This document shows, one piece after another, positions 21,701-36,200 of a DNA stretch of 64,000 nucleotides. Numbering within the stretch: the first letter of the stretch is position 1; each line of letters opens with the position of its first letter. Both the position numbers and the translations under genes were made by a program. The notes beneath the pieces are model-generated. The model was not told where the DNA came from, made no database searches, and saw only the letters and a program-made list of their open reading frames with translations. The DNA comes from Balanoglossus misakiensis (lineage: Eukaryota > Animalia > Hemichordata), in the NCBI GenBank assembly GCA_040954595.2, contig CM082583.2:3047060-3111059 (forward strand), written 5' to 3'.

Positions 21701-24700
21701 TAATTGTGTTGGGGTGCGTCCTGGTCCATGCTATATTTCATAATTTGGCTGAAAATCATTTTACGTTTATCAACGCTAATTTCATAAAACTTACGTCAGA
21801 TTTGTACGATCCGTAATGTTATTCCGTTGTAGCTGACTAGTTCCATATGGAATTCAAAATTTTAGGAGTCTGACGCAGTTATTACAGTATATAACTGTTC
21901 TATATTGTCGTAAATTTGAACAATATATTTTAACATATGGTGACCGGATCATAACATCTGTAAACATTTTAGTGGTATTATTCGTGTGTCAAAACACAGC
22001 TTGGCGACGGCTTTTCCAACCAAATTGTTTCCACACACGCGATCTTTGATCAGGGCCCTTTATAAAATTAATGCACTCAGGATATAACGAGACAATAAGG
22101 TACGAGGACGTAACCTCCATTTATATTATCAACACCCGCTCACCACTCATTTGGGGTTTTGCACAATTTAGAAACTTTTAAAGTTACTCAAAACATCCGG
22201 GAACTGTGACCTGGTTAGTCGGACAATTATCACAACACCTTTTGTATGTACGTCCCGTAGCCACTAACACCCGACAAGTCTTTTGTTGAGCCGCAACGCG
22301 AATTGGTTGACCGCAATGACTATCATTGTCAGGTTTAATTCTAAAATCTTGAGACAGTATAACCCATGGTAGTCAAACGTTTAATGAGAAGTAATTCTTT
22401 TGGTAGAAGCGTTTGTATGCTGAAATCTTATTGGGTAGGTTTATAATATAACTCGTAGGAAGACTTCGGTAAGCCACCACAAAATAACCGCTTTTATGTT
22501 GGGGTGAGTATAACCTTAAGTTTTGTAGACTTTCCGCACAAAGTCAGCAATGACAAATACATGTCGCCCTCTTACGACGACATGTGGCAAACAATGATGG
22601 AGTTTTAGTGTTTTGGGGTTGAACTCAATTTTAGAACACAAACAAATCTAATATTTGCCATATTATTTGACGACTCATTATAACATAATTCAATGTACAT
22701 ATATTATCGGTCTTTCCTATGCATGAGTGAAAATCTCGCCATTGCGTGGTTATGAGATCTCGCACGATTTAACGTTACTAACATAAACTACGGAGTTAAT
22801 TTGAATGTCACTATATCTACATCTTCGTTCAGTGGTGAATGCAAATTATTTTTTCCTGAACATGGCTGCAGATTTTGATAATTGACCAACCGCACCATAA
22901 GCAATAGTCGTTCGTACGATAAAGGTGTTCTTCCATTTTCAATGATTAAACTTTTATGAACTTTCAATTGACCAAGGTGTTCCATTTAATTAATTTTCCT
23001 AATAGATGAGTGTATAAGTAACACATCACGATGTTTTTCGAAAAACAACAGTGTCTTGACTTAGCTGTTCCCCGGGAGCTGACTATTTTATAAAATATGG
23101 GTGCAACATGAACGACTCGGCGACCACAAGAGAGTACTTCAAAATAAAAACACATCGGAAACGCACTAATTGCTTTCTTCAGAACTCGATGAAAATTTAG
23201 GCAAAGGAGAAAAATGTGCGTTGCTGCATAGCAGTTGACTTACCAAGTTAGTAACTGTTTGATCTTCTGGTTGCATCCGCCTATCAGCTGTACAACCAAT
23301 GGTGTTGAGCTTTCAAATGTGATTTTACGACAAAAAAACGGATTTATTATTTGCAATGTCCGTTTAAGACTATGTATGTAGTTCACCATCTCTATGTAGA
23401 AGTGAAACATTTTTTGAGACTTTTATTGTATGTTACGTGAACGTGTTTGTGTGTTATGTACTCCGGAGTATCTGAGTTGAATTTGGATATGATTGTTTTC
23501 TTACGTACAGTACACTCAAATCAATAACGAAATTGCCACAATTTTAAACCGTGTTATTTTCCCAAATTATCGTTTCACTTTTAAACTGCGTCGAATTCTA
23601 CATGCTGGGTCGAAATCATCATTTCATCTGGATACATTTCAACAGCTTCAGAGCAAAGGATGAATTATATAGAGAGAAGGGACTTTATTTACGGCTGGAC
23701 AGGCGCTTGAGCAGAAGCCTAGCTGTCTATCATTATATACAACAATTAGACAACTCGAAGGGAGCAAAGGGCAAATGATGTACAGCCAGTGTGGCTGTAG
23801 AGGTCCTAGGGCGCCATGGATTGCTCTAAATAGTGGGCGTGCTAAGTCTTATTAGCCCATTCAGGATTTGTGGCGCTCCTACTGTGAGGTATAGAAAATA
23901 CATGGGAACTCACACATAGAATGAATTCAATAACTGGCACGTTACATCGATGAGCTGATTGTCTACACAGATGAAAAGATTTCTTTGTCTCTGTGTTTTG
24001 TAGATGTTTGGCGGAAAGAATTTTGTTGACGACGTCAATACTGGGCCTCTATTGTACGCAGTCTACACCGTATGGATCAATTGTGTGTCAGAAACAATTA
24101 CGGTGCTTATATTCACCTTAATTACTGGCTTCACCTCCTCGCGACCTCCCAGAACTCAGAATTGTCTTTGGAAATAGACACGTCACGAGGTACAAATAAA
24201 CAGTACATCGTTACAAGACTACAGAGCGGTGACTTGGTCGGCGAAGTCTCAAACATCGGTCTATATTTTGGTTTATTTGATTCACACTCAGTCTTATTAG
24301 CAGAAGCATAATTCGCTGATAGATAAAACTGATTAAAATACAAAAACGATTAAAGCAAAACAAACAGCATCAGAGCAAAGTCAGAAAGGACTTCACTCAC
24401 GTCGTTGGCCAGACGCTTGAGTATATCATAAACCTGCATGGTTAAAGCAAATATTGAAATATTCAATGTGTATGTAAGAGAGTTATGACACGCGTGTCAA
24501 TTTCCCAACCATGAGTTGTAATGACTATATAGAAACAAACGGGTTTCACTCAAACCATGATTGTTAATTAAAGATCACCTTTAATTTAATAAAACGGACT
24601 TTAACTTCCATCGTCAATTCCAGTAACAACCTCGGGCTATGTGTTACAATTTCCAAACAGCCCTTAGTGCCAAAATTTAGATTATTTTATTTTGTCTATG

Positions 24701-25074
24701 AATCCCCAATATTCGTCGTCGAAAGAGCAAAACCATACTGCGTAATGAACAAATATATTCATAACATGCGATTTCAATGAATACAGCTCCTCCTTAGTTA
24801 TTAATATAAACGTTTTCAATGATAAAAAGTTCTTCTGATTTTAATATTTCCCATAATTTGTAATAAAGCAAGCGACCAGTCACACAGGTGTTCAGCATCA
24901 ACCAGAAAAAAAGTTTCTCTAATATCGATTTGATTAGAATTTGAAAGGCTGAACTTAATCAGTTTATTCACCAGTATTTTCAATCCTGTCACGCTCTTAT
25001 TGTTTCGACATAAGAATTACCGTCTTTGTGCGTGTTTCCTTTTTAATATAGCAAATTAAGTAACACAATTTTAG

Positions 25075-25279
<205 letters not shown>

Positions 25280-28200
25280 TATACAATCTATAATCTTTGA
25301 TTAGATGCAACAGTTAAATTTTATATAAAATAGAAGTGAAGCCATGAGCGAGTAAGGGAATGTGTGAATAAATGAGTCAGCGTGTTCAGTTCGCCATTGC
25401 AATCCGAAAAAAAATTGTTAAATAGACTTGTGTTTTTTAAATCGACTAGTTTCCGCTCGGTTCTTGAAATCACCGATCTTTAGTGTTTCCCTATTACACT
25501 TGCAAGATTTATGAAAGATCGTCAACTCTTACCCAAACACCTTAACAGTGACACTATACTTGAATGTACTCGACACAATCACCTATGCAATAATTTCAGC
25601 AAGGAAAGTGCTCACTGCGCGACACAACAACGCTTGATAAAGCCGTCAGAATAGCCAACAACATACGAAGGAAAAGCCCTTTGCGCCAACCACTCTCGTT
25701 ATTAACACCTTCCGCAAAAGCGATAATTATAGGGGTTACAGGGGCGGCCAGGCGTTCGCACCTTTTGTCAATAATCCTCGTAAACCATGCATACAATCTA
25801 CTATCCTTTTTGAAATCAACGTATTCATCAACCTTATTGTTTATTTTAGTCATTATTTTCGTCAAGTACTGTCGGCATGGGCTGTTCCGTCTGCGTCTCA
25901 ACATCCACTCGATTTCTTCCTTCCCTTCGAGGTTAATCAAACTGCATGCATATTTCCACTGCAATGTTCATATGATATATTGACCACAGGCTGTACAAAC
26001 AGATTATGCTGCCACCGTTCTGTGTTTTCCCTCCCAATTCTTCATTTTTCTCTATGAATGCAATGGCAGATGGCACGGTTGCTGCAAAGGAGGGACAGCC
26101 TCTTTTAATAGACTAATAATACGTGTAATACATTTATTTGTAAAATGGTATTTCAACAGGATTTTTTTGTCGGGGCCTGGTCATTGGTGGGCATGCATGC
26201 AAAGCACGGTCAGAACTCTGTCTTCAACATTCAAGCCTAACATTGTTGCTAACCCAGCAGTGAAGTGCACTCATTGATTCCCGCCATGTTATTGTGCGCC
26301 TCCTTTGTTGCGCGCCAGTATGTGCACTGCCGACTACTGCCTACCATAATGCTATTGTTGTGCACCCCATGTGAATCTTTATATCCCCCCAAAAGAGGAA
26401 GGGGAAAATATTCGCAGCTGATAATTTAGAAAACTTCTGCGGTTTTGTTTCCCCTCTTTTCTCGATAACAAAATTGAAGACAGTTGTTTCTGAGCCATCT
26501 GCGCATAAAGTTGATGGAAGCGACACTTTTTTTATGTACACCATAGTACATTAAATTGCGTCCGGCGCCGCTTTGATATAGACATAAACCTGTGCGGTTG
26601 TGTTGTATCGACACATCACTCAACTGCTACTGATGTCATCGAACTCTGACTTGAAATGTAAAATTTTGCATCCGATAATCATGACGCTGAAATATGAACT
26701 GCGTGGAATATTGTGTATTGCGAAGATTCAGTGTCAGTCATGTATTGCAGTAATTCAGGTCTTGTTGTGACCATGTTTTTAGTATTACAGACGTCAATGT
26801 CTGCCTTTGTAAGGCTTTTACAACTGCAGATGGTAGATATTGCCGGTAAGTATTGTTCTGTGACGTGCTCTGTTGTCCGGCGGGAGAAAATCGAACAGCC
26901 GATGGGGAATGGCATTTATTGCACAAGCAGCAATTGTCGACTTCTGGTGTCTGTTTGAAGGCCCACTCCACCGACAGTCACTGAAACGTGTAAAGTTTAC
27001 ACCTTTTTGAAGTGTGCATTTCAAACATAACTATTTCCTTGACAAGTGTTTTGATAACTGCCGATGCCACTGTAATATCCACAAAGTCTTTTGTAGTAAT
27101 AACAAAATAAAATGTCATCGAGACCGAAGAGCAAACTTCTCAGTGTCGAGTTGTGTCAGTCTCTCTTACTTTTCACGTCCTTATCCAGTCTTGAAGAACC
27201 GCAGCATTGTCGATTGAAGCCGACGCTTTTCTCGCTGAGAAGCAGAGCTTTTAAACTTACAAATCTGTCGAAACGCGAAATGGACTAAAAATTGGACAGA
27301 TCTCTTTCTGAAAGTTTCCAGATGACATGATTCATCATTCAAAGCTGGGCACTTTGCATTATTTCCGACGGATTGCAAGCGTTTTTCTAAACACTGCACG
27401 CCTTGTTGGCCACATTGACTTATTGCGCCCAGGGACCATCTCTAAAAGCGGACTCTATTTAAAGAAATAAATGCATGTGCCATTGTTCGCTCTTACCTCG
27501 TTGCATTTGGTTTCACAATATTAAAGCTTTAAAACACCATATAAGTAAACGAACATCGGAGCGGGGCATGGTCGCAACTGCTGAGGCAAGTCATGCAATG
27601 GGGTGCGTGTATACGTGTGTGCGCGCGCTGGGTGCGGGAGGTCGATTTTACCGCAATTCTGTTTTCTGAAAAAAAATAGTATTTCCCCATGACCACTGTT
27701 TTTCCTTTAAAATCGAAATGACTAAATCATTAAACTGAAGTCGGCAACACATTAAACGAAGCTCTCGTATGATGCGCAGCGGACATGTTTTACTGCATCT
27801 AACTACCCGGTATATAGACTTGTATATTTTCTTAACAAATTTGAAATGTGTATGTCACTATAATGATGCTTTTGCGTTATGGTCTCCATGACACTTTCCG
27901 TAACATTTGACTGCCACCATTTGAGTTGCCAAATCTAATCATTTTGTTGCAGTTTTAGAGAGAGCCTGAAACACTGACAAGGAGATCTGTCAATTTCTCC
28001 ATTCCTTGAGGATGATAACAAACTACTGGCAACGCTACGCGACAATCGTTTTCTTCAAGCAAGCTTTTATTTCATTAAATTTTCGCAAATGAATTTAATG
28101 ACGTAATTTAATTATGCTGCGTCTTTCTGATCTCGCTTATTTTAAGCGAGTGCTTTTATAAATTCTTGACACTCTGTTTTCTGAAAGTCGCCGTAAAAAG

Positions 28201-31200
28201 CTTTCAATTAAGCCAATCCTTGGGAGAGGGGTTTAGCAATGCAATCAATGCGATTCTGTTACAACCCACCAACAACGCCTATTCATTTCCTTCGTTTTAA
28301 ACTGATAAAATATTAATTGGCTGTCTATTCCCTCTCAATCATTATATTTTGCCAGAAAATGGGTCGCACTTAATCATCGTTTACTTGTGTATTAAGTAAT
28401 CAGTACCTGTCGTCGTCAAGTGCACGCTTTCAACAGTCTTCCTTAGTTTGCGGTTTACTAAAACCGTTTGACTTTGAGTACATTGAGGTGGTACGGTTTC
28501 TGGTGGTCCATGCTCCAATCCCTTACAGGGGTTAGCTTTATTGAATTGGTGGACGGTTAAAACGTAAAAGGTACAAATTGCAATTTAATTCATGGGCACT
28601 GAACTATGTGTGCAAGCCCCGGGGTATAAATAAATATGGTGGTAGCCGCGCAGCTGAGAGCGAGAGTTGCTTCTCAAATGTTAAAATGTGAAGTTATTCT
28701 CAAATTTGACAGCGAGATGTTTTATAACGATGCCAGAGCACTCCTTTTAACTATTAATTTACATGTTAAATAGAAACAGATACATGGCTGTTAAGGGCTG
28801 ACTCGCCTCAGAAGAGTCCTTTCATTCGGATAGCTGCACCTGTTCCCACTCTAAAAACGAACGCTTTTGAGTGGCGAAAACCGCGCGAGATGTACGGGCA
28901 CAGATCTGTTACAAACCCTCGCACAAGCCAGTTAGAAACCGCTTCGATTTTTGATTCAGGCTTTTTTTCCTGGCGCCTTACCACTATGGCCTCATTCAAG
29001 CGGCATGGAGTTCTTTTGTTTGTGATTCAACAATAACGACAAACTGCCCACCTTTCAAAATATTTGAAAACGCAAGTGTGGACGATTCCTTGAAATCGCA
29101 TGGGATGTTGGGTCATTAGAGAATTGCTATGCATTTTTCAAAGATAATTGACTGGCGCTACGCCGTACCAACACTGATGTCACAGGCTTTTAAGACAGAC
29201 TGACTTTATAAAACTTTATAGATTACGATAATACAATTAATGATATATCAACTGCGTCAGCCACAGTACTATAGATGGGATCGCATCATTTACATGACTT
29301 CTTCCGCGGCGACTCAGATCACCGAATTTGAAATGCTCGGTCGCTCCTTCAAGCCGTATCTTTCCTATGGTAATGCAATATGTATACAGACGGTCATGGT
29401 ACCGCATACCTTTATAATCTACGGCGGACAATTCCCTTATCCATGTATGTCAGACATTTGAATTTCAAAACGTCCAGAGCACTCTCTATATCACTCAATA
29501 TCTTTTACTATTTTAATACACAGGTCTCTTTGAAGTGCGCTTCCCTGCACTTCTTATGCATTTAGATGAGAGGTATACTTTCAACGTGTTTGCTTTATTT
29601 CACTCACCGATTTTCGTCCTCCAGGGCACAGTGTTTTGCCGACCAATGTTAAGACTTCACTGTTACTGACTGTGATGCATGCATGTTACTTAATAGCCTT
29701 TGTGCAACCATCGACAAGATGTAACCCCACTCAGGTCATTACCTATTAAGAATATGTACTTCAACAAAAGTATCTCAATTCTTAAGCCACCAAGCCCCAA
29801 TGCGTGCAGACTTTTTGTCAGAATTAGTATCATATAGTGAGAGCTTGGTGAGAGTCGGAAAGTTTATCGCAAAATTTTCAAAGATCATGATACTACTCGA
29901 TAAACAAATTCAGTCGATGCTTGTAATTCGTCAATCACTTCCGTAAATTGGTGTTCACCTTGCAAAGAAGAGATCATTTATGCAATACGTGTTCAAAGCG
30001 AGAGAAAGTTTCGCGCGCATTTCCAGCTGAACGACATTGTTCAATTCCGGCACCTCATTGCCGCCAATTTTCTGCGGTTTGGTCGCGATATCTATTAGAA
30101 CTTCCAACAATTGGAAAATGAAGTTGCAATTTTGGTTTGGTTGTGACCATGCGAGGTTGGAGCTACTGGCATTGAACAGTGATGATGGGAGTGTGACGTC
30201 AGCTTACAATGATGAGAGTCAACCAAGCGCGAATTTTACAGACAATACAGTCGACAAACATATCGTTTCGTAATAAACTCAATACAGACATATTTTCGTT
30301 CGTTGGAATTCATTGCAATACATCACACGTTTTGTCTATCTGGTGTCGTGGCCGTGTTTGTAAACTGTTTACCGGGGACTGGAGCTGGTGGCAGGAGTCA
30401 AAGCACTGGCACACACGTCTCGGTAGACTTGACATGTTGATTGGACGACCGAGATATAGATGCATGGCACGGTCCATTTTCACTGTATTAGTAACATAAC
30501 AGGGAGTTGAATCCGGCAAAGCAAGATGTTATCGCCATGCAAATGGATGGACTGGAACAACATTTCCACTTTTAAACATCAGGGAATCTTTCATTCTCCA
30601 CGATGATGATCTATCAATTGGCCGGTGAACAGTAATCTCTCCGAGATTCCTGCATTAAGTTGGCGACAAGTATTAATTAGCACATTACGGGTGACATTGG
30701 ATGCGCAGTCCTTTGGGGCGCATCATTTTAGATAACTCGTTCCGCCTAATTTTGTTTCTCTCTCGGAAGGCCTTTAGATACAAAAGTTTAAAGGGGAAGG
30801 GCACTAAGTGAAAATGTGCTGTATAAATGTTTGCGTAAAACTAAAACGAGAAACACTAGCTCCTTCATTTCGCTGTGCTCATTGCCGGAAGGACGCACCA
30901 GTCCACTCTTGCAAAGACGGTATGGTTGACACAGACTATCAAGAACAAACATGCAGTTACATTGTTGAAAACCCATATGAAACACCAAAACAACTACAGT
31001 AGGAAAATACTTGTAAATTAATATTTGCGACACACTTTGATCGGTGATCGAATTTATGTTGTGTGTGTGATGTGAAGATCAAATCGAAAGGGACATGGTT
31101 AATTAGTTGTACAGAATCAATCGAGCTACATTTCCAAACGGGAATATTGAAAGCAAGTTAAGTATTGCAACAGTATTTAATGTAGAACTGATCAGAAAAG

Positions 31201-33106
31201 GTGAGAGAATGTGATTCTGATGAACTGATAAGATTGTCTCGTTTGGATCCATGATCAATATATGGCAATAGTCTTGTCCTATTCAGATAATTTGTTCTTT
31301 AATCGCTACAATCAGAATATTGCCTAGACTGTCGAACGCTTCTCCGCATTAAGTAATGGGTGTGGCGATTTCGAGAGTCACAGAAATATGGCAATATCTC
31401 GATGACGTATTTCTCTGTTTTCAGATAGGTGATTATTTGTGTGTTTGTGTTTTGCGCGCGCGCGTGCGTGTCCAAAGATAAGGGCCCGTTCTACAGGAAT
31501 TCTGACATAAATGCTACACAGCTAAATCCATGGCAAGCGCCACCGTCATCTTGAAATAGATCTCGTTACTGCTGCAGACAAAATTGCATCAATAGTACAC
31601 GGAAATGAGTAAATGACTTTTCCTTCGGCTTATTTTCTTAGTCTGGTCATATTTAACAATCTTTGTACCAGCTGGGACACATGCCCGACCTCTTTTGTAC
31701 ATTCGTCAGACAAGTTGCAGTGTCGATTGCAAAGCAGGGAAAAGATTTTAGTTCCCGTGTTATGCTACTTGCTATATTCATTTCAAATTTGGAGTCATTT
31801 CAATGGAATACAAATCAGTCAAATGTCAATAAAACTCACTTGGCAGTTATTGTACCTGGTCTGAAGACTAAAATCTTCGACAAAAAGCTCAGCTTGGATC
31901 ATTTGACCATCGCCGATATGAAACTTTACTTTCAAAAATAGATCTCGATGAAAATACATATGACTATATATACGCAGCTCAACCATAATTTTTCCAATAA
32001 AAACCACATACCACTTTGGACAGTTGTTATTTTAATATTGGTTGGTTTTAATGTGACAGAATATTCAATATAACATTATATTGACTTGTTTTAATAAACC
32101 ATTTGCAATGTTTTCCTCAACTGTATGCATCTGTAATATACAATATAAATGTTTTTATTGCTCAGTGAATAGATAGAATTAATATGATTCTAGACGAAGT
32201 CGGTCAACAAATGTAAGCGACATGGCTAGTTGGAATATGTAAGCAACCATTACATATTTTGTAGTCGATTTCATTCGAGTTTTATATGAGAGATGAAAAT
32301 ATAAAACCTGGAAGTTGTCAATACACAACTTGCAGTGTTCTAGCTATGGATCTGATTCACTAATCATATTCGCAAGTAAATATACGAACAAATCGACGTA
32401 GGGTAGACTTTACTGCATATTATGCAAATCGATCATGAATTGTCACACAATTTATCCCGTTTCAATTTGATCGGCACAATCACGTAAGAGTACAGGGAAA
32501 GGTGGAATACACGCTCACTGGTTTGAGAGAGCTCAGAGCCGAGAGCGGCGATGAAAGTCGTTGTCACGTGACATATACAATTACCCGCTAAGGCTGGCTG
32601 TTGTAACACGCAGTCAACTTGGCCCTTAGTGCTATTATCCTAATGAAGCGATGGGTCGCCAATTGCAGCTAGGCATCGGGCAAGCTGTTCACATTTCCAC
32701 TCCATTTCTCACACAAAGCTTCCTCCCTCCGCTCGACACTTTTAACAGAATCTCTGAGGGCCACTGCACACTAATATTCCATTTCAAATAAACGATCTCG
32801 ATTAAACGTTAGTCCTTCCTTTTCAGGTGAGCAAATCTAGTTTAGAAAGTCCAACTTTCAACTTCAAACATATCATCGGAGCATTTTATTGATGACAAAC
32901 CACACGAATCAATATAGTTTGGTGGTGAATTTCATTGAAGTGTCACTCTACAGCGCCGCCACGGTAAACTGCTGATGTCATTCTTTGATTGGGCTGCTGG
33001 TTCAACTTTGTTTGCTTTTCAAATTTATCGCTTCATTTACCCACGAGTGAGGGAAATTTTTCATATTTCACTTTTTAATTATACAATATTCGGAGCTTTT
33101 ATTTGT

Positions 33107-33280
<174 letters not shown>

Positions 33281-36200
33281 TATAGGAAAGCGTTCATATT
33301 AGTTCAAACAGGTATTTTTATAATGGAAATGCTGACATTTATTTATTTACTTTCGGAATATGTCGCTTGAATTTTCACGACATTGAAATAAATCATACAT
33401 AGTTTATGTCACATGAGAAGTCGGTTCACACTAGTTGTAAATAGCTACGTGTTAGATATAACGTACACATATCTGATAAAACTGTAAATCTAACTTAGGC
33501 GCACATGTCAATTTGTTGTGTCACGAGGTACACAGAAATCCCCATGTCTTCTTATTCGTAGTAAATGCTGCCAATATTCCAAGTTTACGAATTTTTGCCT
33601 ATTAGGCCTGCTAAGCTTTACTCGTGACTTAATAAATTTGTATTTTCGAATGATTTATTACATATTTTAAGTTGTAATCGAAACTTCTTTTGGGCCTTTA
33701 CATCTGACATCAATGTCAGAAAAATTCAACTCAAAGCAAGGTTTCCAAAAGAGGCATATAGGCGCCGTGTTTTTGTTTTGTTTTTACATAAGGTGGCAAA
33801 CACGTTGCCATAACCATAGTAACTCAGCTAAGGTAAGTAGAGGCGTACGCGATTTTCGTTCGGAAATTGAAATAAATGTCATATAGCACAAAGTATCTGT
33901 GGCTGGAAAGAATAATGTTGTCACCAACATAATTTTGTTTATTTTGTATGTGTTTCTTAATAAATGCTTGTCATACACATGATGCATGATTCACGTGTGA
34001 TCATTAGTGTGTATTCATGTGAACAATATTGATAACAAAACAGTCCTGGTCGATGAAAACTAATCGGTAGAAATTTATATACATGTATAAGTTGTTGTTT
34101 ATTGCAACGCTGGACCTTTTCCGTTTAAAGTGTCTGACACAGGGTAGCTGATAAGTGTGTTTTAAAGTCACATATATTTGCGTTTATCACGTTTTGTTCA
34201 TAGGATACTGACCGGGTGAGTTTGACAGGTCAATTAAATTTGCATATTGCAAGTGATGCATCTGCTACTCGTCACCAATTAGACCAATCAGCCTCGAGGT
34301 CACGTTGTGACATTCACAGTCACCACGGTGAGTGTGTGGGAAGAAACACGTTTACAACAAAAGTGGACACTGTAAATGAGTGACGTCCAAGGTCTTGTCG
34401 TCACCAGAATATGTTGCTGTGCTGTCTACCCAGTGTATATATAGCTGACTGTTGTCGGCCGGGCCTACAAATCGGCCAGCAAGATAGAAGTATAAATAGA
34501 CATTTCCTTGCCCTGTGTGTCGACCACTTCACTTGTTATCTGCTCACCGATCCCAAAGTAACAATGTTTTGTAATCACTGTGGACACTTACGTAATTATA
34601 ATTTAGATATACACACGACAATGTCGTCAGCCAGCCGAATTATTACACTATTTTGAGTAAGATTTTAGTCAGCTGCAATATACTTTTTCATTTTCAGCCA
34701 AAAACTATTCCTTGCATGCGTCAGTTGCCCTTAGAATTTACAATGATCGTCTTGTGACAATATTTGTGAATTTTATTTTATTTTACTAACTCGACGGTAT
34801 TACAAATCCTATGTAAATTCACGCAGTGATCAAACCGTAAAACCTAACATGCTTAGTTGGTTGGTTGGTTATATTTACTGTCAATGCGACATTCTTTGTA
34901 AAACATTGGTAATGACATTAAAATATATAAATCTAGATTTTTTCGCTAATTGTTTACAATTCATAACTAACATGATTGTACTCTGTAGTGTTTTCTTGTT
35001 GCGTGTGATAATAACAGAAAATTTAAAAAAAAAATAACATTCTGGAGAAGATATGTTTGGCTATCACTGTTGAAAATCACCCCAATTATGCAAGATTGGC
35101 ATGTAATTAAACCTCTAGTTAAGAAAAAGTCCTGAATCGAAGTTAAATCACCCATAGTTTTGTTAATCGTCGAACTGATGTAAAGGCCTATTAATACACT
35201 CTCCTCATCACAAGAAATTTAGCGTTAAATTGGCAAAAGTCAACAATGGGATCTGAAATAAGCGACTGGAATGATAAGTATGAACGCGTCATTGGAAATG
35301 ACGGTTTGGTGACGACCACTATCATGCTTTTTTGATTGACGACAAAACGTTTGGTGACGGCAACTGTGAATATAAACTACGACAAAGCAGTTTTTGGCAA
35401 AAATCGACAGGAACAATTTTATTGTGTTGAGTAAGTTATGGGACATGAAATCAAGTAAAGCTTTAGTTTGGTTGTGTTTCTGCAAGGCAAATGGTTTGGA
35501 GAAAATGTTTAAAAGCTGCGCTGCAAAGCTTCCGTCAAATACAATAACGATCAAGTGCATTTGTGATGAAGCAAAATTATGGCTGAAGGACTCATGGGGA
35601 AATGTAACTAAGTTGACGAACAAGAGTCGTTAGTTCAGTACTTAGTGTATTCCCATTAAGAGTCAATAAAGTTTCATTGCCGCATTCATTTTTAATAAAA
35701 ATTGCGCACACTTGTGTCTGCAATCCAGGACAAACTAATTCTATTAGGAACCAAGTCTCTACGCTGCCTTCCGTTTTCAATCTATAAATTTGAGCCTTGT
35801 TCTGCAATCTCATCTGTCTACAGATACACGCGGAAATTAACTAATGTATTTCCCTTAAACCAATTGGCCGTGTTTTTCTTCGTTTTTCATTGGATTTAAG
35901 GAGTTTAGACAGAAACTGCGTCGTGTAGATGTGGGCGTTATTGCACAAATCGAAATGCACTTGCCACATATTTTTTTAGATGTAATTCAATTATGTGTAG
36001 GTAATGTCAGTATGCATGGAAATCGAAGGTCTGTTTGGCCGCATGCTGGTCAACAAAATCGCTATCGCTTGATTCCAAACAGAATCGAAGTGTTCCCTAC
36101 AAGCTACAACAACTCAGACAAACTAATGATGACGTCACCCACGCTTGGATTTTGCAGGGTCAGTCATACCGATGGAAAGCGTTTTGCTTCAAACATATTA

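Noticed and set aside
25596-25964. 122-aa minus-strand ORF
   Set aside because: No recognisable domain, no supporting splice or promoter structure, and a length plausible by chance.
28617-28670. TATAAATA preceded by CCCCGGGG
   Set aside because: No associated exon, ORF or further promoter elements could be supported.
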